IMG/VR virus record: IMGVR_UViG_3300017917_001342
Location: 248,001 to 312,000 of that record
DNA length: 64,000 nucleotides
Strand: one strand, 5' to 3'
The position numbers were made by a program, and so were the translations under genes. This document shows positions 29,489 through 38,702 of the stretch, piece after piece (position 1 is the stretch's first letter; each line of letters begins with the position of its first letter). A model generated the notes under the pieces. That model did no database searches. It was given only the letters and a program-made list of their open reading frames with translations, and had not been told where the DNA came from.

Positions 29489-29517
29489 TACATAGCACTG
29501 CTATGTTTTGTAGTCAA
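29489..29517 (-). promoter_or_regulatory. Sigma70-type early promoter with palindrome
   Basis: TTGACT-17-TATGTA; ACATAGCA-c-TGCTATGT. Confidence 0.65.
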
Positions 29518-29523
29518 TGGTGT

Positions 29524-29703
29524 TTAATCGTCAAATGATGCATCGTCCCAGCCTTGCTGCCATGCATCATATTCTGTCGACTCCCCTTGTATATCGCCAG
29601 TTCTATATGGATTATCAGGTCTTGCACCGCCGCCCCAACTCCAGGATTGGTATGCTTTATAACCTTCTCGATAAGCATCTGATTTTGGATTTGTGTAATA
29701 CAT
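29524..29703 (-). CDS. Small protein (Rmf/CrpP-like pattern)
   Basis: AYREGYKA...NPY...AWQQGWDDA. Confidence 0.5.
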   Translation of the reverse strand: MYYTNPKSDAYREGYKAYQSWSWGGGARPDNPYRTGDIQGESTEYDAWQQGWDDASFDD

Positions 29704-29764
29704 TAGCATCTCCAATTTGACGTACATAGTACTAATTATACACGATATAACGTCACTCACAAGA

Positions 29765-29795
29765 ACAGGGCCCGTAGGCCCTGTGCTTTTATTTT
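29765..29795. terminator. Terminator hairpin
   Basis: acagggcc-cgta-ggccctgt. Confidence 0.65.
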
Positions 29796-29804
29796 ACTGT
29801 GTTA

Positions 29805-30374
29805 TTAGGCTTCCAGTGCATCAAAGTCAGGCAGGTCAACACCCAGATCGTTCAGATCCACCAAGTCTTCGGCATCAACATCGAGCAGTTCAACGTCTGC
29901 GACCTGTTCAGCTTGCATACGCTCATGCACAGCTTTGATCAGCTTGCGATTCTTAGCTTTGATTGCAGCAGCTTCTTCCGGAGTACGCTTGGTACGCTTG
30001 GCCTTAGCAGCCATTTCAGCCAGCCGAGCCAGCAGCATTTCTTCGCGGGTAGCACGCTTCAGGAAGTGACCTTTTTCGTCACGCTTGGGCATGTCGTCCA
30101 GCGTCAGCTTAGGCGCCTTTGCAGCCTTGACCGGCTTTTCATCTTCGCCGTAGGCTTTCAGCACAGCCTGCGCATCAGCGTCTTGGAAGTCCGCATGTGC
30201 CAGCAGCGCAGCAACCGCAGCTTCTTTGGTCATCGGCTCAGCCAGCATCACCAGCCGGATTGCAGTGTGACCGTTCTTTTCCAGAATCTTTGCACGAGCA
30301 AGCTCGTTAGCAAAGCGCACCTTGGTCTTGCCTTCCAGGGTCGACAGTCCGGCAACAGCAAACATCTTTTCCAT
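29805..30374 (-). CDS. Early protein with basic K/A/R region and acidic tail
   Basis: Start MEKMFAVAG after GGAG SD; own promoter and terminator; GC-rich codons. Confidence 0.75.
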   Translation of the reverse strand: MEKMFAVAGLSTLEGKTKVRFANELARAKILEKNGHTAIRLVMLAEPMTKEAAVAALLAHADFQDADAQAVLKAYGEDEKPVKAAKAPKLTLDDMPKRDEKGHFLKRATREEMLLARLAEMAAKAKRTKRTPEEAAAIKAKNRKLIKAVHERMQAEQVADVELLDVDAEDLVDLNDLGVDLPDFDALEA

Positions 30375-30437
30375 TTTGTAGTCTCCTATGTGTGTTACAG
30401 TCTTGCTTACGAGCGTTTTGTTTTGCTCTATGCCATA

Positions 30438-30466
30438 TACATAGCAGTACTGAAAACCACTGTCAA
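30438..30466 (-). promoter_or_regulatory. Sigma70-type early promoter with A-tract UP region
   Basis: TTGACA-17-TATGTA, A-tracts upstream. Confidence 0.7.
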
Positions 30467-30552
30467 CAGTGTTTTGGATCTTTTTTGTCTTTTTTTCAAA
30501 AAAATAAGCAGTGGTTTCCCACTGCTTATGTCTAACCAATAAATTCAATGCG

Positions 30553-30759
30553 TTACGCAGTTTCTGTGGGTGCGTCACTGTTATTTGCGGGTACTGTGTC
30601 TTTTGTACGCAGTGCCTGCAACGCATTGCCAACTACTACAATACCAATACATGCCCACCAGTAGATTGAAGTCATGCCGCCTTCGAACACCTGTCCTGCA
30701 AGAATGCCGACTAGTGCAGCATTAATTGTACTACCGAGGATGTTTAGGAATTTCTTCAT
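30553..30759 (-). CDS. Small 2-TM protein
   Basis: Hydrophobic; TAATG overlap. Confidence 0.6.
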   Translation of the reverse strand: MKKFLNILGSTINAALVGILAGQVFEGGMTSIYWWACIGIVVVGNALQALRTKDTVPANNSDAPTETA

Positions 30760-31046
30760 TAATGTGTCCTGTGTTTGTTAAGTTGTTGATAAAGTTCTTC
30801 TGGATTTTCTGCCGACAGTTTAAATTCGCCGCGCTGTTCGGCTAGTTTACGTTCCAACCTAACGTATTCTTGTATGCCTTTTATAGCCTTAAACAGACTA
30901 AATGCTGTAAACACAACTAAACAGATCATAACAAACAACATTATATTATTGAATAGTTGTTCAGCTTGATGCCGCTGTTGTGCTGCGGTGTGTACATAAC
31001 TTACAACTTTAGACACAGTGTATGTTAGTACGATTAAAAAATCCAT
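30759..31046 (-). CDS. Small membrane protein
   Basis: One TM segment. Confidence 0.5.
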   Translation of the reverse strand: MDFLIVLTYTVSKVVSYVHTAAQQRHQAEQLFNNIMLFVMICLVVFTAFSLFKAIKGIQEYVRLERKLAEQRGEFKLSAENPEELYQQLNKHRTH

Positions 31047-31230
31047 AGCAAACCTGTAGTAAATGCGAGCAGTTGTTATGACATGCTCAGGTCATTGTCT
31101 CTGTAGTAAAAACTTGCCACCCCTATTACGGGACAAACGTATGGTCGGCCATAATAAATTAGTCTATGTCAATAAAATTAAAATATAAAACCTCTAGGAC
31201 CGTCTCGTGTATTTTGCATTTTAATACCTT

Positions 31231-32088
31231 TTACTTTACGCCAATGAACGGAGTAGCTTCGCCCGGGATCATAGTAGTAGGCAGTTTGCCATCCCAGACT
31301 TCTAGTGCTTTGTACTGCATCAGTTCAGCAGTAAGAGACTCGGCTAGCAGCTTGTTAGCTTTGGCCTGTGCCTCAGCAACCTTTAGAATACTGTTAGCCT
31401 GACCTTCTGCTTCTGCTACTTTTTTCTTAGCTTCTGCTTCTGCTTGTGCAATTTCATTCTGACGTTGCTGCGCCTTCTGTGTAGAAGCGTTTTTAGCATT
31501 GATGCTTGCAACCACATCGTCAGGTAGACGGATTTCGCTTAGCCAAGAAATAGATTCGATCTTAATACCGATTGGTGCAACCTGTGCCGCAACATCTTCT
31601 TGTACCGCAGCCAACAGTTGTGCTTTGCCTTCGCCGTAGACACTGTCTACAGTACGAGTACTAGCCTGTTTGTTCAAGCTGTCGCGAACCATGTTGTAAA
31701 GGAACGTGTCGGTAATTTCTTCAACACCGCGACGATACTTTTGGAACACAGTGCTGACCTTAGTCGGATCAATGCTGTAAGCAATACCAATGTCGGCGTT
31801 TGCAATGTTACCATCGCGAGTTTGGAAACTGATGCTTTCGTCGTTTGGTGAACCACAGCTTCCATCGTCGCCCGCAGTCCAGCAGTAGTTCTGCACAAAC
31901 GTAGGGAACAGATACAGTTCTTCGTTCCAACCAATCCAATAGCGACCAACACCTAGTTCTTCACTATCGATACCCTTTTCGCCACCAAGCAAGTAGACTT
32001 TAACACCTACGTGACCCGCTGGCACTGTGCTACATGCTGCTAGAGACCCTAGCAGCATGGTAAGCATAAAACCCTTACGAAAATTCAT
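31231..32088 (-). CDS. SPFH/band 7 (prohibitin-like) lipoprotein
   Basis: Lipobox LAAC; VPAGHVGVKV; AEAEA coiled coil; WDGKLP. Confidence 0.85.
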   Translation of the reverse strand: MNFRKGFMLTMLLGSLAACSTVPAGHVGVKVYLLGGEKGIDSEELGVGRYWIGWNEELYLFPTFVQNYCWTAGDDGSCGSPNDESISFQTRDGNIANADIGIAYSIDPTKVSTVFQKYRRGVEEITDTFLYNMVRDSLNKQASTRTVDSVYGEGKAQLLAAVQEDVAAQVAPIGIKIESISWLSEIRLPDDVVASINAKNASTQKAQQRQNEIAQAEAEAKKKVAEAEGQANSILKVAEAQAKANKLLAESLTAELMQYKALEVWDGKLPTTMIPGEATPFIGVK

Positions 32089-32099
32089 CTGTGTAATCC

Positions 32100-33026
32100 T
32101 TATTCAAGTTCGCCAAAGGTATTCTTGATCGCAGGCTTAGCCTTAGCAGTAGCAGTGATCAGCTCTTCAAGCGCCTTTTGATTGTCGTTGAAGTATTGCT
32201 TGTTCACATATACGCCTGCTTGCCATGCAACTGTGTCAACACTAGTAAACCAGCCGCTTTGGAAGTTGCTTGGATAGCTACCCGACGGAATAGCTTGCCA
32301 CTTGTACAGCGGCTTACCGTCAATGTTTGCAGCATCGTTGAAGTCCTTGTCGTTTGCACCAACCAGGTTGATAGCATCGCCAAAGTCAGTATCAGCAGCA
32401 AGCACAGTGGCATTTACCACAGCAGCAGGAACCAATGCGCAGGTAGTAGTGTTGCTAGCAACAGAACTCATTGCAATCGGACCATCTTCGTTGGTAACCT
32501 GCACTTCTTCATAGCTCTTGTCTTCGTTGATGAAGTTTTGCCAAATCAACCAAGCGCCGGAACCGTTCGGACCAAGTGCAACGCTCTTAGTATTGTCACC
32601 TGCAATATCGCTCAGATCTTCAACACCGGATTCTTTGCTGCACAGCACATGCAGGAATTCGCGTGGACCCTGACCGATAATGCGCAGATTGTCAGCAGCA
32701 GCAGGATTCTTACGCTTGAGAACCACAGCACCGTCTGGCTGACCAATAAACGCTTGGCAGGACGATTCGTTTGCAATGTTTTCAGGTGTAGCCGGAGTCA
32801 GCACAGTGCGTTCGATGTTGTCCCAGGTGCCTTTGGTAAGGACAACATGCACATCAATATTCTTGGAATCGGTTAGGAAACCTTGAATATATTGACCAGT
32901 GAGGTTGTAGGGTTTGCCCTCGCCGCCAGTGCAAATATTAACACGGACACGTTCTGCATGAGCAGTGCCTGCAAGTGCAGTAGTACCGATCAGTGCAGCA
33001 GCAGTAAGAGTAAGGAAGCGTTTCAT
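32100..33026 (-). CDS. TAXI-type periplasmic solute-binding protein
   Basis: Signal peptide; ICTGGEGKPYN, TKGTWDN, QPD, EFLH, GPNGSGA. Confidence 0.7.
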   Translation of the reverse strand: MKRFLTLTAAALIGTTALAGTAHAERVRVNICTGGEGKPYNLTGQYIQGFLTDSKNIDVHVVLTKGTWDNIERTVLTPATPENIANESSCQAFIGQPDGAVVLKRKNPAAADNLRIIGQGPREFLHVLCSKESGVEDLSDIAGDNTKSVALGPNGSGAWLIWQNFINEDKSYEEVQVTNEDGPIAMSSVASNTTTCALVPAAVVNATVLAADTDFGDAINLVGANDKDFNDAANIDGKPLYKWQAIPSGSYPSNFQSGWFTSVDTVAWQAGVYVNKQYFNDNQKALEELITATAKAKPAIKNTFGELE

Positions 33027-33232
33027 TGTGCATTCTCCTTGAAAGAGTTGATTAGTTTGTTGATGTGTTTGCGATTGAGGTAGTATAGCGTAACTGGAAG
33101 TAACAGTACACCGTAGATGACGCCTGCAATAACCAATGCAGTGTCAGGGTATGAAATCAGCCACGGTAGGATGATTCCAAAACTGACCACTATCAGCAGT
33201 AAGTCAGTAACCAATAGTAGATAAGTTTTCAT
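33023..33232 (-). CDS. Small 2-TM protein
   Basis: Hydrophobic; ATGA overlap with TAXI gene. Confidence 0.65.
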   Translation of the reverse strand: MKTYLLLVTDLLLIVVSFGIILPWLISYPDTALVIAGVIYGVLLLPVTLYYLNRKHINKLINSFKENAQ

Positions 33233-33263
33233 GCATACTCCAATTTCAGTTTGTTGAGTCGTA

Positions 33264-33301
33264 ATAATAGCACCTAACTAAAGTATGTCAAGTGCTATTA
33301 T
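33264..33301 (-). promoter_or_regulatory. Promoter inside a 10-bp inverted repeat
   Basis: TTGACA-16-TATTAT; ATAATAGCAC...GTGCTATTAT. Confidence 0.6.
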
Positions 33302-33303
33302 GA

Positions 33304-33717
33304 TCAGATACCAAGTTCTTCTGTGGCAATGGTGCCAGCACGCTTCATGTCAACAAGCGAACCAAACTTTGCACGAAGACCTTTCATCACTTCACCTTTG
33401 TTTGCAGGCACAGTGAATGTTTCGCGCAGATATGTGCGAACAGCGTCGTCCGATGCCATCTGTGGCAGTACAGACATCAGCACAGCCTTTTCCTGTTCAA
33501 TTACAGCAGTGTCGGCAGCAACTTTGAGATTTTCATCAAGTGTTGCAACAATCTTTTGCAGCACTTTGATAGCTTCGTCTTCTGTAGTTGCACGGTTGCC
33601 TGCGTTTTTACCAACCTTTTCAATTTCGCTAAGTGCGAAAGTGATCGAAGGTGCAATTGGATTGCGTTCTTTGCGGAGACGCAACGATTCAGTTTTGAGT
33701 TTTTCGATAACAGACAT
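33304..33717 (-). CDS. GatB/YqeY domain protein
   Basis: EKAVLMSVLPQM, KGEVMKGL, DMK. Confidence 0.7.
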   Translation of the reverse strand: MSVIEKLKTESLRLRKERNPIAPSITFALSEIEKVGKNAGNRATTEDEAIKVLQKIVATLDENLKVAADTAVIEQEKAVLMSVLPQMASDDAVRTYLRETFTVPANKGEVMKGLRAKFGSLVDMKRAGTIATEELGI

Positions 33718-33862
33718 CGTCTTCTTCCTTTATATTTCTAGTTGTATTACAGCGAGTACATGTGTACTCGTCTGCAAATGGTATAGTAAGCGAACCGCCC
33801 CATTTAGACACGTACCAATTGTGACCAAACAAGTTACATATCAACTGGTTCAATCGTATCAT
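33689..33862 (-). CDS. Small Cys/His protein
   Basis: ICNLFGHNW...CTRC. Confidence 0.55.
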   Translation of the reverse strand: MIRLNQLICNLFGHNWYVSKWGGSLTIPFADEYTCTRCNTTRNIKEEDDVCYRKTQN

Positions 33863-33873
33863 AACGTGTCCTC

Positions 33874-34338
33874 TCAAGAAATAGTAGTTACATCTTCGGT
33901 GGTTACACGTTCGTATTGATAGTCAACACGTTCTTTAACAAATGACATTGCAGCAAGATAGTTTTCAGTGCGCACAATTTCATCAGTAATGGCTTTATCA
34001 GCAGTTGCCCAATAAAACCCGTTATCCTTGTTGGTTTTTAGGATTTCAAAGTATACCTTCGGTACTGCATCAACTGTGCTGGCCATAAAATGCTCATTGC
34101 CATATTTGGCTTCTAGCACATACAGCATTGGATAGCGGCTGTGCTTGCGCTGTTCTTCGTTGCGCTTGAGATAAAACATTTCACGTTGGCCAAGTTTGGT
34201 CAGTCGTGCAAGGTCTTTTTCCAAGTCGTATTCGTTTTCTTTACGCCACTGTGCATCAGCCTTTTCGGCATCAGCTAGTTTATCGTAAACATACCCGTCT
34301 AGCGATTTGTAGCGTTCAACAGTGACTACTTCGACCAT
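33874..34338 (-). CDS. Hypothetical protein
   Basis: 154-aa ORF. Confidence 0.65.
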   Translation of the reverse strand: MVEVVTVERYKSLDGYVYDKLADAEKADAQWRKENEYDLEKDLARLTKLGQREMFYLKRNEEQRKHSRYPMLYVLEAKYGNEHFMASTVDAVPKVYFEILKTNKDNGFYWATADKAITDEIVRTENYLAAMSFVKERVDYQYERVTTEDVTTIS

Positions 34339-34352
34339 GATCTTGACCTATA

Positions 34353-34604
34353 TCAAAGGTTGGTGTTGGGTTTGGTTTCAGTTGAACGAATCTTACGTTC
34401 ATTCATGTGTTGGATTTGCAGTGCAAAACTTTCGGGGGTGCTTTCATACTCCCAGGCGTGCTTAGCAGCAAGTTTAGTAACTTTGCTACCGTCAATTTTG
34501 CGACGCTTGATTTCTGCAATTGCCAGCTTGCACCAATCTTCGAGACTGGTATTGTGCCGGGTGTGTAGTGTACGAAGCTTAGACTCTTGCACGTTCTCTG
34601 TCAT
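34353..34604 (-). CDS. Hypothetical protein
   Basis: Promoter TTGACA-17-TAGTGT at 34647-34675. Confidence 0.6.
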   Translation of the reverse strand: MTENVQESKLRTLHTRHNTSLEDWCKLAIAEIKRRKIDGSKVTKLAAKHAWEYESTPESFALQIQHMNERKIRSTETKPNTNL

Positions 34605-34671
34605 TTTAACTGCCTATATTCAAGTTGGTTGTTTAACACTGTGTTGACACTAGCATGCTGTATTGAAGTTG

Positions 34672-34983
34672 TCAAGCAGCTACGGGCCATTTAGATTTAA
34701 ATTCTTCTAGTTGGAGGTCGGTTGATAGATACAGTATACCACTGTCTACAGCAGAACCTCTGTACTTCATACAGTCCCAGGCCCACGGCATCTTTTTACC
34801 AGTGTATTCGTAATAGTTTATCCAATGCATAGATTCAATGCCAGAGCCCCATTGTGACCAACACCAGTCTCTTGCATCAAAAAATTCCAGAATTCCCCAA
34901 CTGATTTGATGCATCATATAACCGTGTAGTTGATTTCGATTACCAACTGGCTTAACAGTCCAATCCATTAATATTTTCCCCAT
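34672..34983 (-). CDS. Paralogue-family small protein
   Basis: WCWSQWG...LYLSTDLQLEEFKSKW. Confidence 0.65.
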   Translation of the reverse strand: MGKILMDWTVKPVGNRNQLHGYMMHQISWGILEFFDARDWCWSQWGSGIESMHWINYYEYTGKKMPWAWDCMKYRGSAVDSGILYLSTDLQLEEFKSKWPVAA

Positions 34984-35285
34984 GTAAATCTAAACAGCAT
35001 AGCATCTTCTTCTGTGAGAAACCATACATGGCTTTCAACCCAAGCGTAGTTTGAGCCATAGGCATCATAGCACCATTGCATGATAGCAGGTGCATCTTTT
35101 GCTGCGGCTTTGTCAAGTTTGATTCCGTAATATCCTGCGTCTTTAAATGCAGCAGACGACACTATGCGTTTAGGATCAAGCTTGGTAAACACTAGACGAT
35201 ATCGATCGCGCGAAGGTACGGCATTGCGACCAACATCACGATGCTTTGAAAACCGAGCAGGTGTTCTAAGATTCTTATTGATCAT
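34968..35285 (-). CDS. Paralogue-family small protein
   Basis: WCYDAYG...FLTEEDAMLFRFTWG. Confidence 0.7.
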   Translation of the reverse strand: MINKNLRTPARFSKHRDVGRNAVPSRDRYRLVFTKLDPKRIVSSAAFKDAGYYGIKLDKAAAKDAPAIMQWCYDAYGSNYAWVESHVWFLTEEDAMLFRFTWGKY

Positions 35286-35294
35286 GTAGAGTCC

Positions 35295-35339
35295 TGTAGA
35301 TGCTATGCTACACTATAGCATCTACATAAACACAGTCAA
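35295..35339 (-). promoter_or_regulatory. Promoter overlapped by a 12-bp inverted repeat
   Basis: TTGACT-16-TATAGT; TGTAGATGCTAT-8-ATAGCATCTACA. Confidence 0.6.
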
Positions 35340-35349
35340 TACAGTATTA

Positions 35350-36186
35350 TCAGACTTCTAACACTAGTTTCGGATCAAACGCACCCTGTGGACGTTCTTT
35401 TGGATAACCTCTGGGATTGCAAACTACTCTGGTATTGCCAATCATGTAATCGTGACTGTCGTGTACATGTCCATGTATCCACAGCTTGAGATGATCATGA
35501 CTGACCATTAACCAATCTAAGTTGCTGACAAATGCACCATTCATATGCAGTTGATGTGCATACTTTGGATGAATACTACGAAAGCTCGGTGCATGATGAC
35601 CTACAACAACAGTGTTGCGCTTGTCTAGTTCAAGTTGTGTTTTTAGCCATTCAACAGTTTTACGATGTGTATCAGCAGTTACACTCGGTGGTAGTTTATA
35701 ATACAAATCACCTACATTGTAGGTAATTGATTTATAATCATTCATCATATCCTTAACAACCATTTCAGTCATAGGATCATAGTTGTTGAGGCTGCTCCAA
35801 ACTGTTGCACCAAGAAACACGGTATCGTTGATAACCATCTTGTCTTGTTCTAGAAGATGGATGTTACCGTGCCGAGCAGCTTCTGTACGAAGTATGTCAG
35901 CAGTGCGATCCCAACGTCCGCTGTAGTGTTCATGGTTGCCCATCACATAGAGCACAGTGTCAAACTCTTGACTTACCTGATGAAAAAAGCTTCGATATCT
36001 GATAGCATCGTCTGCATACCAGCCCTTTTGAATATAAGTGTAATCAATACCTGCGCTGGGATTTCTATGCATGTGTTCTGCAACACAGATGTCGCCTGCA
36101 AGTACCAGTACATCTGCACCTGCATTTTCTACTCGTATGTCTTCTGCAAATTCCAAATGCAGGTCACTGATCAACTGTATTTTCAT
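35350..36186 (-). CDS. Calcineurin-like metallophosphoesterase
   Basis: SDLH, AGD, GNHE, HH, HGHVH. Confidence 0.85.
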   Translation of the reverse strand: MKIQLISDLHLEFAEDIRVENAGADVLVLAGDICVAEHMHRNPSAGIDYTYIQKGWYADDAIRYRSFFHQVSQEFDTVLYVMGNHEHYSGRWDRTADILRTEAARHGNIHLLEQDKMVINDTVFLGATVWSSLNNYDPMTEMVVKDMMNDYKSITYNVGDLYYKLPPSVTADTHRKTVEWLKTQLELDKRNTVVVGHHAPSFRSIHPKYAHQLHMNGAFVSNLDWLMVSHDHLKLWIHGHVHDSHDYMIGNTRVVCNPRGYPKERPQGAFDPKLVLEV

Positions 36187-36241
36187 TTTTAACTCACTGT
36201 GTTAAGACATTAACTTAGCATCATACTGTGTTGATGTAAAG

Positions 36242-36694
36242 TTATCTAGCAGACTTTTTAGATTCCTCAGAATCGTGTACACGTTTGCGCAGATCGCTGC
36301 TGCTGAATCTATGATCTCGCTTGTTGAAATACAGTTGTATTCCGCGACGTCTGCAAATATCTTTGCCAGTGAAATCTTTGTCTTTGTATTCCACACCTAA
36401 TATACGAACGTCTATGCGATACATTTCCAATATATCTTCAAGATCTTTTTCTGTAGCATAGGGTATGATCTCGTCAACATACTTTACGCCTTTTAACTGT
36501 GTGTATCGTTCAACTATGGTTTGTACAGGTGTGTTTTTGTCTTTGCGATCAGCACTGGGATCCGTTTGCAATGCACAGATAAGATAGTCACACTGTTCTT
36601 TAGCTTCTCTTAGCATTTGAACATGTCCGGCATGCAATAGATCAAACGCAGATGCAGTAAATCCAATCTTTACAGTTTTTGTTATATCGTTCAT
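36242..36694 (-). CDS. tagD: Glycerol-3-phosphate cytidylyltransferase-like protein
   Basis: FDLLHAGH (HxGH), SSSDLR. Confidence 0.8.
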   Translation of the reverse strand: MNDITKTVKIGFTASAFDLLHAGHVQMLREAKEQCDYLICALQTDPSADRKDKNTPVQTIVERYTQLKGVKYVDEIIPYATEKDLEDILEMYRIDVRILGVEYKDKDFTGKDICRRRGIQLYFNKRDHRFSSSDLRKRVHDSEESKKSAR

Positions 36695-36768
36695 TTTTTA
36701 TCTTTGTTTATAATTGGTTGCACTTAGTAAAATGCTGCTGCACATATCGTGTACAGCAGCATTGATTT

Positions 36769-38622
36769 TTACACTGGATCAGCTTTTACATCGATTGGGC
36801 CATCATCGGGCGGCGATGATTGCGACTTGTAAATTATTTCACCCATTTTCATTAGGCTGTCACCTAGTGATTGCAATGCGGACTGCATTTCTTCAACAGT
36901 GTCTTTAGACAATGCTTCGCGTGTAGTAACAAGCTTTTCTTCTATTTCACTTTTCAGTTCTGCAGGAAGTTTGTCTTCATGTTCCTTGAGTTGCTTTTCA
37001 GCCTGATGGATCTGTGCTTCGCCTTGGTTACGAGTTTCAATTACAGCACGCTTCTTTTTGTCAGCTTCGGCATTTTCCTCAGCTTCTTTAACCATGCGAT
37101 TAATATCGTCCTCGCTAAGGCCGCCGCTGCTTTGAATTGTAACTTTTTGTTCTTTACCAGTTGCTACATCTTTTGCGCTTACATTTACGATACCGTTTGC
37201 GTCAATGTCAAATGTAACTTCGATCTGCGGAACGCCTCTAGGTGCTGGTGGGATGCCTTCAAGATTAAATGTAGCTAGAAGTTTGTTATCACGAGCAAGT
37301 TCGCGTTCACCTTGGCAAACCACAATCTGTACACCCGGCTGATTGTCTTGTGCAGTACTAAAGACCTGACTCTTCTTAGTAGGAATAGTAGTGTTGCGTT
37401 CAATCAGTTTGGTAAACACGCCACCGAGTGTTTCAATGCCCAGGCTAAGAGGTGTAACGTCTAGCAGTAGAACGTCTTTAACGTCGCCTTGTAGAACGCC
37501 ACCTTGAATAGCAGCACCCATAGCAACTACTTCATCTGGGTTAACACCCTGACTTGGGTCACGCTTGAACAGTTCTTTGACTGTTTGCTGTACCTTAGGC
37601 ATACGTGTTTGACCACCGACAAGAATTACTTCTGTAATATCTTCTGGCTTTAGCTTAGCATCAGCAAGTGCTTTACGGCAAGGTTCTTTAGTGCGTTCAA
37701 CTAGTTTTTCAACTAGACTTTCTAGTTTAGCACGAGTGAGTTTTACAGTAAGGTGCTTAGGACCTTCTGCCCCTGCGGTAATATATGGCAAGTTGATTTC
37801 AGTCTGCGAACTGCTACTAAGTTCAATTTTGGCTTTTTCAGCAGCTTCTTTGAGACGCTGTAGAGCCATGCCATCTTTGCGAAGGTCAACACCCTGTTCT
37901 TTTTTGAATTCGTCTGCAAGATAATCAACGATCTGCAAGTCGAAATCTTCACCGCCTAGCTGTGTATCGCCGTTGGTACTGAGAACTTCAAATACACCGT
38001 CGCCTAGTTCTAGAATACTGATATCAAATGTACCACCACCGAGGTCATAGACTGCAATCTTGCCACTGCCCTTTTTGTCAAGACCGTATGCTAGTGCAGC
38101 AGCAGTCGGTTCGTTGATAATACGTAGTACTTCTAGTCCGGCAATTTTACCTGCGTCTTTAGTAGCCTGACGCTGTGCATCGTTAAAGTATGCAGGTACA
38201 GTAATAACAGCCTGTGTTACTGCGGTACCGAGATAGCGTTCAGCAGTTTCTTTCATCTTGACAAGAATCTTTGCAGATACTTCTGCAGGACTCATTGCTT
38301 TGCCGTCAACTGAAACATATGCGTCGCCATTTGGTGCAGCTACAATTTCGTAAGGCAATAGTTTGCTGTCTTTTTGAACAGATGAATCTGTAAAACTACG
38401 ACCAATTAGTCGCTTTACAGCATGTAGTGTATTTTTTGGGTTTGTAACGCTTTGACGTTTTGCAGCAGCACCGACTAGCTGTTCACCGTCTTTTGCAAAT
38501 GCAACAATACTAGGTGTGGTGCGAGCACCTTCTGAATTTTCAATTACTTTGGCAGTTCCGCCATCCATGATACTTACACAACTGTTTGTTGTACCAAGGT
38601 CAATACCAATTACTTTGCTCAT
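36769..38622 (-). CDS. dnaK: Hsp70 chaperone DnaK
   Basis: [36 protein letters not shown]. Confidence 0.97.
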   Translation of the reverse strand: MSKVIGIDLGTTNSCVSIMDGGTAKVIENSEGARTTPSIVAFAKDGEQLVGAAAKRQSVTNPKNTLHAVKRLIGRSFTDSSVQKDSKLLPYEIVAAPNGDAYVSVDGKAMSPAEVSAKILVKMKETAERYLGTAVTQAVITVPAYFNDAQRQATKDAGKIAGLEVLRIINEPTAAALAYGLDKKGSGKIAVYDLGGGTFDISILELGDGVFEVLSTNGDTQLGGEDFDLQIVDYLADEFKKEQGVDLRKDGMALQRLKEAAEKAKIELSSSSQTEINLPYITAGAEGPKHLTVKLTRAKLESLVEKLVERTKEPCRKALADAKLKPEDITEVILVGGQTRMPKVQQTVKELFKRDPSQGVNPDEVVAMGAAIQGGVLQGDVKDVLLLDVTPLSLGIETLGGVFTKLIERNTTIPTKKSQVFSTAQDNQPGVQIVVCQGERELARDNKLLATFNLEGIPPAPRGVPQIEVTFDIDANGIVNVSAKDVATGKEQKVTIQSSGGLSEDDINRMVKEAEENAEADKKKRAVIETRNQGEAQIHQAEKQLKEHEDKLPAELKSEIEEKLVTTREALSKDTVEEMQSALQSLGDSLMKMGEIIYKSQSSPPDDGPIDVKADPV

Positions 38623-38680
38623 TTTATCTCCTCATAAAGCAAGATATGCAACATCTGCCTAAGGCCAGACACTGCATGTC
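38620..38680 (-). promoter_or_regulatory. ROSE-like RNA thermometer in dnaK 5' UTR
   Basis: UCUUGCU-uuaug-AGGAGA SD hairpin with bulged G, preceded by a second hairpin. Confidence 0.6.
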
Positions 38681-38702
38681 TAATATATATATTTTTTCTT
38701 AA

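Noticed and set aside
29799-30632. 247-aa plus-strand ORF and N-terminal extension of the 275-aa ORF
   Set aside because: The plus ORF is a shadow; the extension runs through a promoter and another gene, and the SD supports a start at 30374
38623-38702. CIRCE or sigma32 site before dnaK
   Set aside because: No TTAGCACTC-N9-GAGTGCTAA or clear CTTGAA/CCCCAT seen
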